DNA of 64,000 nt from assembly GCA_964016885.1 (NCBI GenBank), contig OZ024744.1, positions 14,632,001-14,696,000 of the forward strand. Direction: 5' to 3'. Below, piece by piece: positions 26,935 through 38,006 of this stretch; position 1 is the first letter of the stretch, and each line of letters starts with the position of its first letter. Under the pieces are notes generated by a model. That model ran no database searches and was not told the DNA's origin. It was given only the letters and a program-made list of their open reading frames with translations. The translations under genes and the position numbers were made by a program. The DNA comes from Eledone cirrhosa. Its lineage: Eukaryota.

Positions 26935-28555
26935 TTACAACAACAACAGCAAAAAACAACAACAACAGCAACAATAATGGTTTCTTTATTGGCCACAAGG
27001 ACTAACATGAAGAAAAACGTTAGAGATGGCACAGAACAGTACAGGATGATACAAAGTGGCTTTTGGTCATGTAAAAATGTTATAACAAGATAGAAATGTA
27101 TAAAAAATTCAAACAACAAAAATTCCCCCAAAAGAGGGAAACCTACGAGGGTCACACATGGTGAAAACCACACAAAAGACCACGGCCACCCTGACCACCA
27201 GGGCAAGCACCCTCTCTCAGTTCTCCCACTCCTCAGTCTACAGGCATATACTCAGAGTGGGCTCATTAACTCGGACCAGACTCGCCCCTTTCACCCACCT
27301 TTCAACAAACTTGCTAGAAGACAGCACATGCCTCTCCACCCTGATTTTCCTCTTCAAGTGAAACTTGAAAAAGTTAATCAGGGATTCACCGAAGAAGAAA
27401 GTGTCCGTCTTCAATCTTTTCAGCCTTGTCCACCATACAATCTCTTTCACCATGGCCACCAGGCAGATGAAAACTGCCTGCCCTTCCTCCTCCTTAAAGG
27501 AACAGCGGGGCTATCTGCACAATGGACTCAGTCGATAACCAGATCCATCCTACACGTGACAGCAAATGTTCAACATAGCTCCACAAGTCAGCAATGCTCA
27601 GACACTGAACGAGTGCGTGCACAACGGTTGTTTCGTCGACCTGTGCGCATCTCGGACAGGTTAGGCTGATGGCACTTCTGTGTCTATAGAGCTTATCTGG
27701 AACCGGCAACTCTCCCCGGTAGTACTGCCAGGCCAGGGATTTCTGGAAGTTGTCCACAGGTCCTGGGATGAAAGTTCTTTTGAAGAGAACGAACAGTTGA
27801 TCATCTTCAACACCCAGGGTCTCCCTGAGAACATTGTCACTGTTCCCTTCCACTATTCCTCTATAGAACGCTGAGGTGGATATTCCACCGATACTAGTGC
27901 CCAACTGGTACTGGAAGAAGGCTGTAAGTGCTTGGAGACATTCCAGCTTCCAAGCGCTATCCCTCGGTCTTTTTCTGATCCAGGACTGCAGCTCCGTTAA
28001 TGAGATGAGCTGGGGAAAAACACGTCTGGCAAACGGTGACCACACCTGTTCACCGTCAAGGAAGCACCAGAGATGTCGCAGCCTCAGCGAGTGTTTGTGT
28101 ATCATCAGCCATGGCATGTCCAGTCCTCAACGCAATGGTTGTTGACAGCAGATGGATCGTCTGACCATGGGAGCACATCCCTTCCATAAAAATCAGAAGA
28201 GAAGGTGCTCCATTTTTGAGTTGGGCCAGAGCAAGGCACAATGGTTAGGCGGTAGCAGATGATGGATGTGATGAATGCATTTGCCACCTTTGCCCGACCT
28301 TTCAGGAACAGCTTCCTCTCAGCCCATTTCTGGAAGGCCACCCTGTTCGTCACCTCGCTCCAGTTTTTCTCCATTTGGAGGCTCGGACCGAACCAGACCC
28401 TGAGCAATTTAACTGGTCGTTCGTCCGTCCAGCACCCCACGACGCTGTCGGGCAGCATGGACTTGCCTCTCCAGGTGCCGAGCTGCAAGCCCACTGACTT
28501 TTCCTGGTTTAATTTTGCTTCTGTGACTGTTTCATATTCCTTGAGAGTGGTGCCG
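26935..28555 (-). mobile_element. Second, 5'-truncated L1/Tx1-like LINE (late RT, CCHC finger, 3' UTR)
   Basis: Homologous to copy 1 (KLFLKGRAKVAN, NFQKSLAWQ, LKRKIRVER). Retains TCPRC...HALVQC. AATAAA at about 26984-26989 next to an (AAC)n tract. Confidence 0.88.
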
Positions 28556-30471
28556 AGGTGGGACACACTATGGTCACCCGGATAGTAAACCAAGTCATAC
28601 AGAATGGGGTTGTTCCGAAGGACTGGCATAGCAGCATCATCATTAACTGCTACAAGGGTAAAGGAGATGCCCTATATAGGAGTAACTATAGAGGCATTAA
28701 ATTAATCGACCAGGTCATGAAGGTCACAGAAAAAGTAATAGCGCAACTAATCAGAGAACGAATTGATCAAGATGAAATGCAGTTCGGGTTTGTGTCAGGT
28801 AAAAGTACTAGAGGCGCTCTTTTCATTGTAGAACAACTACAGGAGAAGTACCTAGCTAAAAGTAAACCCCTATACTTAGCTTTTGTCGACTTAGAGAAAG
28901 CTTTCGACAGAGTCCCCCGTTCCATTATCTGGTGGGCTCTTAGAAAACTAGGTGTTGATGAATGGCTTGTGAGAGCTATACAAGCAATGTATAAAGAAAC
29001 AGTCAGCAAGGTTAGAATTAACAACGAATATAGTGAAGAGTTTAGCGTAAAAGTTGGTGTTCATCAGGGCTCCGTTCTTAGCCCCCTACTATTTATTATT
29101 GCCCTTCAGGCTATAACAGTAGAGTTCAAGACCGGCTGCCCATGGGAACTCCTATATGTAGATGATCTAACGCTCATAGCTGAATCAATAGCCGAACTAG
29201 AGAAGAAATTCCAAACATGGAAGCATGGCCTAGAAGCAAAAGGCCTTAAAATTAACCTGTCTAAGACTAAAGTTCTAGTTTGTAGGAAGGAAAATAGGGC
29301 GCCGGTCTCATCCGGGAAATGGCCATGCTCAGTGTGTAGGAAAGGAGTAAGTAGAAACTCCATTTTATGTCCCAAATGCAAAGTATGGGTGCATAAAAGA
29401 TGTAGTGGGATCACAGGTAAGCTAACTAAGAACATAGATTTTATATGTGGCCGGTGCTCTGGTGCAATAAGTAGCAGCAACTGTCCACAGAATATTAGCT
29501 CATTCCATTGCACAGATGGTTCTATAGAAATAGTGCACAGCTTCCGTTACCTGGGTGACAAAATAAATAGTGCGGGAGGGTGCTCTGAAAGTACAGTAGC
29601 TAGAGTCAGAACTGGATGGAAAAAGTTCAGAGAGCTTATACCACTATTAGCCGCTAAATGGTTCTCCCTAAAAATGAAAGGCAGGCTGTATGATGCCTGC
29701 ATACGAACAGCAATGTTGCATGGCAGTGAGACCTGGGCATTGTGTGCAGAGGATATACGCAGACTGGAGAGGAACGTAGCTTGCATGCTCCGCTGGATGT
29801 GTAATAGTAATATATGTGACGGCAAAGCATAAACAAACTAAGGGAAAAATTAGAAATAAGAGGGATCAGATGTTGTTTACTCGAGAGAAGACTACGTTGG
29901 TATGGTAACGTGATGCGCATGAAAGACGACAGCTGTATAAAAAAGTGCAGGGCAATAAAAATAGACGGTAGCCACGGAGTAGGCAGACCCAGAAAAACCT
30001 GGGACGACTTGCTAAACTCTGACCTCACACACTTACACCTCTCCAAGACAATGTCACTGGACCAAGATCTTTGGCGCTACACAGTAACACAGAAGACCCA
30101 CCTTGCCTAAGTACAAAGTGAAACCTACTACAGTCAGTAGGCACCTCTAACAAAATACACCCCCGTCCCACTACCCCACCCCTATCCACACCACCCCCTT
30201 CAATGTAAAGTTATGTTGGTACCACAACATCCAGCTCGAAACAAATGAGGTCGTGTAGGTGTCACGACAAAAAAACACAGTCCACGGTAAAAACCTCCCA
30301 GTTCCACATTGTAAACGTGGTTAGTGTTAGGAAGGGCATCCATCCGTAGGGAAAACCCGCCAGACAGTCCTATACGAGCAGGACAACAAATCTTGCCTCA
30401 TGTGGGAAAACTCCCGTCCAAACCCATGCAAGCGTGGAATATGGACGTTAAACGATGATGATGATGATGAT
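28550..30471 (+). mobile_element. 5'-truncated RTE-clade LINE with RT, embedded PHD-like finger, 3' UTR and (GAT)n tail
   Basis: ORF 28558-29832 has NYRGI, QFGF, FVDLEKAFD, GVHQGSVLSP, YVDD and FRYLG. After one frameshift it continues RRLRWYG...GRPRKTW to a stop at 30110. The tail is aaacgatgatgatgatgatgat. Confidence 0.93.
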
Positions 30472-33024
30472 AACAGTCTAAAAAACGACAAAACCCTAAC
30501 AATTAAAGAGGCAGATAAAGGGAGTGCAGTAGTCCTTATGGAGACAGATTATTACACGACTCTAGTACTCTCAACTCTAGAAAACCAAACATATTATGAA
30601 AAGGCCCAACACTACACACAACAGAAAATAATGAGAAACTTAAAATCCCTAACGACCCTTTACAAAGAAGCCTTTACAGACAAGGAATACAACTACTTCA
30701 CCAATTTCAAAAAAAGAACCAGCCTCTTCTACGGTATCCCAAAGACACACAAAAGCAAGCCACATACGTTTACCTCAATATAGCCCCTTCTGATGACCTT
30801 AAATTAAGACCCATAATAGCAGGCACCACATGTGAAAGCCACCGCCTAAGCAACTTCCTAGATATTCTGCTTAAACCTTTCCTAAAACACATAAAAAGTT
30901 TCATAAGGGACGACCTTGACATGCTCAACCACCTCCCAACACAACACTCAATAATGAACATACCCTACTAGTAACCTTTGATGTCATCAATTTATATTCC
31001 AATATCCCACACAACCTAGGTATAGAGGCAATACAATTCTGGCTTGAAAATGTCCCTAGTGAACTCCCACAGCGCATCCCTAGAGAATTTGTGTTGGAGG
31101 GACTCAAATTCATCCTGAAAAACAACTTCTTCGAATTCGATGCCAAATACTACAGACAGAAATCTGGGACTGCCCTGGGCACGAAAGTAGCCCTCTCATA
31201 CGCCACCCTTGTCATGTGATATTTGGAAACCACTCTCTGCCGCAAAGTTCTAGACAAATATGGTAACCACTTCTACCTACACATAGAAAGGAACTGGAAG
31301 AGATATCTGGACAACTGCTTCATCCTCTGGCATGAAAGTATAGAAAGACTGATTGAGTTTAAAACTCTTCTAAATGAACTCAACATAAACTTACAATTTA
31401 CAATGGATTACAGCCATGAACAACTCCCTTTCCTCGACATCCTCATCAAGAAAACAGACAACAAAATAGAAACAGACATATACTACAAACCCACAGACTC
31501 CAAACAATACCTTCCATTCAACTTGTGCCACCCTCGACATACTAAAATGGCAATTCCTTATAACCTAGCCAGAAGGATCTGCACAATATTTTCAGATAAA
31601 TACACATGCTACACACGACTAGAAGAATTAAAAAACACACTTATCAGCAGAAACTACCCACCATCCCTAATCAACAATGGATTCCAACGTGCCCTAAAAC
31701 TCGACATCCAGGAACTCAGACACCCCAAACCCAGGAATGAACTGCAACAGAAAATTCTACCATACATCTTCACAAACAACCTCTTCAACAATGAGGCATT
31801 CGACACCATCCTCCAGAACATTCCTTTACTAAAAAGAGACCCAAGAATGAACAAAATCCTCCAAACACACAACATCATAAAGAGCAAAAGACAACCCAAA
31901 TCCATAAAAAACATCCTGACACAAGCCAAAATCCAACAAACCCTCACAATGAACCCTACAGTAACAAAATGCGGAAGGCCAAACTGTGGCATATACATAA
32001 ATCTAATAGAAGGTTCAACATTCCATTTTAAACAAGGACAACATTTCACAGTTAAACACAATTTTACATGTGCATCTGAAAACCTAATCTATGTTTTGTC
32101 CTGCTCAGGTTATCAAGAGCACTACATAGAACAGCCTCCGATAACGTATGACCGTCAATAAATTACAAATCAAAATACAGGAATACAGAAAGATTGCGCT
32201 TAGTGAACATATCGCCAATTGTGCACCCAACCAACATCCAAACTTAAAAATGTTCCTCATTTACAAATTCATAGACAACGCTACTTTCATCCATCGTACC
32301 AATAAGGAAACGTATTTCATTAACAAATTCCAACCTCTACTTAATGCACTAAACTTCGGACTAAACTAAAACTGTAACGAACAATGAAACATTTACAAAT
32401 ACCTGTCTCTCTAAAGAGTTATCTCCCTTACACGCTACCTAATCCTTTTTCTTAAATAAATTAAATACCATCAACCATTTCTCTCCCACCCTGAATTACC
32501 TCCCCCTGCATATTAACTCTCTAAAAAAGGGAAATCATATCAAACCCCAGACCACTATTTGCCTCCATCATGGATCAACTAAGCACCCTTGCTATATTAA
32601 CACATTTTGATCTGCTTAACTTCAAGAACTATGCCTGTAAATAACATTATTTTTCCTTTCACATTGCCTTATTATGTTCTACATTACGGTCCTTTTTTTT
32701 CTTTTTTTCTTTTCACTTCATAAACCTTGTTTGAAAATAACATTATTCTTTCTGCACCATTTCTTTAACACCAATACATATTATTATCATTTGATAATGC
32801 ATAAAAATGTTGAAACCGGTAATAGACAATTTATTAAATATATAAATAAATAAATAAATGCCATTGTTAATTAATAAATAAATTAACTAATACCTTAACA
32901 CTTCACACAAAGTAAAATATTTCGTTTTAATCATTTTCTAACCCAGAAAAAAGAGAGAGAAAAATAAAAAGGAAAAAAAATATTTTTCTTCCTAATAGTC
33001 GTCTTTTTCTCCCTGTTTTCATAT

Positions 33025-33056
<32 letters not shown>

Positions 33057-33260
33057 TCTTAAATATATATATATGCAAAAGATATCAACATGAATGGACC
33101 TGTTATTTTTATCTAAAACCATTTTTACCAATTTCAACCTGCCCGTTCCTTCAATCTATCTTATTTCTCATTCTTTCTTCTGATGAAGGACTAGCGTTTG
33201 GAACGTTAAGACCCTCTTCCTGCTATTTCAAGTGTTAATCTAATATATCCCTTCCATTTA
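30472..33260 (+). mobile_element. Penelope-like element (RT + GIY-YIG), 5'-truncated and decayed, with a 3' pLTR-like region
   Basis: IKEADKGSAVV, FYGIPK, LRPII, FDV.NLYSNIP, GTALG, RYLDN, LPFLD, YYKPT, HP, CxxxxC...FTCASENLIYVLSC (GIY-YIG). The coding remnant ends near 32369 and has several stops and frameshifts. Confidence 0.9.
33176..33211 (+). ncRNA. Degenerate minimal type I hammerhead ribozyme motif
   Basis: TCTT-CTGATGA-A-GGAC-tagc-GTTT-GGAAC-GTT-AAGA: intact CTGATGA, wobble helix II, GAAAC changed to GGAAC, palindromic AACGTT, helix I TCTT/AAGA. It lies downstream of a Penelope ORF. Confidence 0.55.
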
Positions 33261-33298
33261 CTGATTGTGTTATTTCTGTTTACCTTTTATATACACAC

Positions 33299-33431
<133 letters not shown>

Positions 33432-33487
33432 TGGAAAGTGTGTGAGATCCTTGGTACAGTTAGGTATATTTGAAAAAAAGGAAAAGC

Positions 33488-33621
33488 ATGACTTCACTTG
33501 TAGTGTTAAAAAATTTATGATTTAATGTTATAATATTATGAGTTGGTGGATCTGCCAACTCATAATATTATAATATTATAACATTAAATCATAAATTTTT
33601 TAACACTACAAGTGAAGTCAT
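33488..33621. repeat. Long palindrome centred on GATC
   Basis: 33488-33546 is the reverse complement of 33555-33621, apart from an 8-bp duplication (TAATATTA) in the right arm. Confidence 0.95.
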
Positions 33622-34500
33622 CCGGATCAAGGAACACACTAAAACCAGGGCCTCGTCTTTCCGGAAACACATAGACAAATGCGGAAACAAAGACGGAAGG
33701 CCCATTGTCACAATTCTAGCGACTGAAAGAAACGTTGGCACGTTACGTATCAAGGAAGCGCTTTTTATCAAACGACTGCAACCGCAAATAAACAACCGAT
33801 CAGAGAGAAGCGAAATGAGGTGGCTGGTTTAAGTTAACAAACGATGCACCAACACACGCACAAACACACACAAACGAGACAACTACACACGCCCACGCAT
33901 ACACACACAGTAGCATTCCACCATACGAACATGCTACACTGCCAATACAGAAGAACAAGGCAACAACACACACACACTCTAGCGAGACAACAACACACGC
34001 ACACACACACACAGTAACATTTAACAAACAGGCAGAGAATGGACTGACAGCTAGCACCACCCCACTCCCACATTCGGCCGCTGACCTCTGCCCGACCGAC
34101 CCCATTTCACGCGCACGCGCGCTCTGCTGAATACCTCAGATATTCAAAACAACAAACAGCGGAGGACGCGTTTCGCACCTTTCCGACAGAAAACCTTTCC
34201 CCCACCCCGGAAAAAAACCCCAGTTCATGGATGTGAATCTGAAATATATAGGGACAATTAAATCTCTCCCAAGGTAACTCTCTCTCGTGTTCTTATTTTT
34301 ATTTTATCCTTTATACTCTTTCCTTCATTCTTCTACACGTCTTATACACACCACGCATCTCAACGTACACCCACTTACATCTCTCTCTCCACCACCGGAT
34401 CTTGTTACGCGGAGATTTACCCATTTGCATTGTCGAGGCTTCCAAACGACTTAAAGATATTTACCTATTATTCCACAATGCTTCAAGCGAACTTCAATAC
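33622..34500 (+). mobile_element. Second Penelope-like fragment: C-terminal half of the GIY-YIG endonuclease plus 3' region
   Basis: 33623-33832 reads RIKEHTKTRASSFRKHIDKC...ILATERNVGTLRIKEALFIKRLQPQINNRSE...WLV*, with the RxxEH, ExxxI and PxxN hallmarks. It is absent from the ORF track. The 3' limit is approximate. Confidence 0.8.
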
Positions 34501-34513
34501 TCTCATATATATA

Positions 34514-34685
34514 TATATTAATAGAATATAAAAGAAAAACGAACACAGGCATATATATATGTGTTCAAATCGTAAGGGACCTGATTCGCTAAGGTGAAAA
34601 GAAAACTAACTATAGATCAGGTCCCTTACGATTTGAACATATATATATGTCTGTGTTCGTTTTTCTTTTATATTCTATTAATATA
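34514..34685. repeat. Inverted repeat with about 70-bp arms and a 30-bp spacer
   Basis: 34514-34585 versus 34616-34685: one substitution and one 2-bp indel. Confidence 0.95.
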
Positions 34686-34719
34686 CGGCTCAGAAATATC
34701 TCTTTCTTAGAGCTATTTT

Positions 34720-36172
34720 AATGTGGTGTCAATGACAATGTTGGTGTCAATGACAATGTTGGCGTCAATGACAATGTTGGTGTCAATGGCAATGTTGGTG
34801 TCAATGACAATGTTGGTGTCAATGACAATGTTGGTGTCAATGACGGTGTTGGTGACAATGGCAATGTTGGTGTCAATGACAATGTTGGTGACAATGGCAT
34901 TGGTGGTGTCAATGACAATGTTGGTGTCAATGACAATGTTGGTGTCAATGACAATGATGGTGTCAATGACAATGGTGGTGTCAATGACAGTGTTGGTGAC
35001 AATGGCAATGGTGGTGTCAATGACAATGTTGGTGACAATGGCAATGGTGGTGTCAATGACAATGTTGGTGTCAATGACAATGTTGGTGTCAATGACAATG
35101 ATGGTGTCAATGACAGTGTTGATGACAATGGCAATGGTGGTGTCAATGACAATGTTGGTGACAATGGCAATGGTGGTGACAATGGCAATGGTGGTGTCAA
35201 TGACAATGTTGGTGACAATGGCAATGGTGGTGTCAATGACAATGTTGGTGTCAATGACAGTGTTGATGACAATGACAGTGTTGATGACAATGGCAATGTT
35301 GGTGTCAATGACAATGTTGATGTCAATGGTAGTGTTGATCAGAATGACAATGTGGGTGTCAATAATAATGATGGTGTCAATAACAATGGTGGTGTCAATG
35401 ACAATGATGGTGTGAATGACGACGGTGGTGTCAATGACAATGTTGATGGCAATGGCAATGGTGGTGTCAATGACAATGATGGTGTGAATGACGACGGTGG
35501 TGTCAATGACAATATTGATGTCAATGACAATGTCAATGATGGTTTCAATGACAATTATGGTGACAATGATAATGCTGGTGACAATGATAATGTTGTCAAT
35601 GAGAATCTTGGTATCAATGTCAATGAAAATATTGGAGTCAATGACAATGATGGTGTAATGTCAATGACAGTATTGGTGTCAATGACAATGTTGGTGTCAT
35701 TGACAGTGATGGTATCAACAACAATGATGCTGTCAATGGCCGTCTTGGTGACAATGACAATGCTGGTGCTGATGGCAATGTTGGTGTCAATGACAATGTC
35801 GATGTCAATGATAATGTTGAGGCCAATGACAATTTCAATGATGGTGTCAAATACAATGATGGTGAAAATATTGGTGTCAATGGCAATGTTGATCTTAATG
35901 ACGATGCCAATGATGGTAACAATGACAATGTTGGCGTCAATGGCAATTATGGTGTCATTGACATGTTGGTGTCAATGACAATATTGGTGTCAATATACAA
36001 TGGTGGTGTGTTAATGGAAATGTTGGGGCCAATGACAATGTTGGTGTCAATGCCGATGATGGTACCAATGACAATGATGGTGTCAATGAGAATGTCAATG
36101 GCAGTGTCAATGCCAATGATGGTGCCAATGACAATTATGATGAAGATGATGATGGTGATGTCAATGACAATT
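34720..36172. repeat. 18-bp minisatellite (GTGTCAATGACAATGTTG), degenerating rightwards
   Basis: An 18-bp period is clear at 34720-35330 and more diverged up to about 36170. Confidence 0.93.
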
Positions 36173-36237
36173 ATAACAGAGAATAGAAGAATGAATAGAA
36201 GTAAGATTAGGATTGTTGAGAGAAATTATCAACTCAC

Positions 36238-36377
36238 CCACTCCTCTTCATTCTTCTTCCTCTCAGTTGCTTCTGCCAACTCCCGTTCTTCCTTTTCAAC
36301 TCTTTCCTTCTCCAATCTCTGTTGTCGGGTTTCCTCTTCAGCCTTTTTGATTTTCTCCAGCTCTTTTTTACTTAAGC
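36238..36377 (-). CDS. AK7: Adenylate kinase 7 exon (Glu/Lys-rich coiled coil)
   Basis: 140 bp, ttttaatcag|GC TTA...GAG TGG|gtgagt, phase 1/0. Translates (G)LSKKELEKIKKAEEETRQQRLEKERVEKEERELAEATERKKNEEEW and joins in frame with both neighbouring exons. Confidence 0.9.
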
Positions 36378-36439
36378 CTGATTAAAATATATAAAAAATC
36401 AAAGAAAAATATATTTGAAATTGGGTTATTTTCTTCAAA

Positions 36440-36535
36440 ATAATTCTTTCTGATTTAGGCAGAGCCGACTCTTTTGTGGGGGAGAGGAAAGTTGATTACA
36501 TTGGCCCCAGTGTGTTACTGGTACTTTATATTATC
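36440..36535 (-). mobile_element. SINE 3' fragment
   Basis: ttctttctgatttaggca...ccccagtgtgttactggtacttta resembles the SINE copy at 26645-26700. Confidence 0.6.
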
Positions 36536-36559
36536 TTCATATCAATACTATCACAAATA

Positions 36560-37600
36560 CCTCACTAACACCATGACCACCACCACAACCACCACTAATA
36601 CCAGTAACACCATGATGACCACCACACCACTAACACTATCACCACAACCACCGCTAACACCGCTAACACCATTAACACCACCACCACTAACACCACTACC
36701 ACCACCACTAACACTATCACCACAACCACCGCTAACACCGCTAACACCATTAACACCACCACCACTAACACCACTACCACCACCACTAACACTATCACCA
36801 CAACCACCGCTAACACTGCTAACACCACTAACACCACTACCACCACCACTAACACTATCACCACAACCACCGCTAACACCACTAACACCATTAACACCAC
36901 CACCACTAACACCACTACCACCACCACTAACACTATCACCACAACCACCGCTAACACCGCTAACACCACTAACACCACTAAAACCACCACCACTAACACC
37001 ACTACAACCACCACTAACACTATCACCACAACCACCGCTAACACTGCTAACACCACTAACACCACTACCACCACTACTAACACTGTCACTACAACCACCG
37101 CTAACACCACTAAAACCACCACCACTAACACCACTAACACTAACACTATCACCACAACCACTGCTAACAGCACTAACACCTCTAACACCAATACCACCAC
37201 CACTAACACCACCAACACCAGCACCACTACCACCACCACTAACACCACTAACACTAACACCAATACCACCACCACCACTAACACTATCACCACAACCACC
37301 ACTAAAACCACCAACACCACCACTAAAACCACCACCACCACCACTAACACCACCACCACCACCACTAACACCACCACCACCACCACTAACACTATCACCA
37401 CAACCAGCACTAACACCACTAACACCACCAACAACACCACCTCCACCACTACCACTATCACCACAAACACCACTAACACCACCACCACTAACACCACCAC
37501 CACCACCTCCACCACCGCTAACACCACCACCACCACCATCAACAACAACACCACCACCACCACCACCACCACCACTAACACCACCACCACCGCCACCACC
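36560..37600. repeat. (CCA/CTA/ACA)-based compound repeat with 60-bp sub-periodicity at its left end
   Basis: Visible trinucleotide-based array. 36661-36720 and 36730s repeat in blocks. It produces spurious P/T/L-rich and V-rich ORFs. Confidence 0.9.
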
Positions 37601-38006
37601 GTTTCTGTTTCCCCAACATTTAACCCTTTACAATGTAACATACTCTCTATATTATATGACACTTTGTAACATGACTTAATATGGTTACGTATTAAACTTG
37701 TAACCTCCTAACTATTCACTAATCCACTAATTACCTTAATGCCCAACAAACCTGGTCTATTGTTGTTAATGGCTCACATTTAGTGTGTAGTTTCCACTAG
37801 CGTCCTATTAGGTTTTAACTCACAGAAGCACTATTGGGTGTTTTAATGATAGACGTTGTTGAACTATCATCTATCAAATGTCCCGATCATATATATATAT
37901 AGGAAAAGAGTCAGGACCCCGATGGTTGAGCTCCGGCTGTTTCGACAACTAGATCTGAAAGGCTCAAGCAGTCGACATGCTGTCGAAGTCCTGGCTCTGT
38001 TCCTAT

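Noticed and set aside
34160-34200. Minus-strand GCGAAACGCGTC as a hammerhead 3' core
   Set aside because: No CTGANGA at a suitable distance upstream (CTGTCGG instead).
34718-37679. Long ORFs (230, 202, 401 and 355 aa; mucin/extensin-like)
   Set aside because: These are by-products of 18-bp and trinucleotide repeats open on both strands. They are intronic to AK7 and have no non-repetitive domain.
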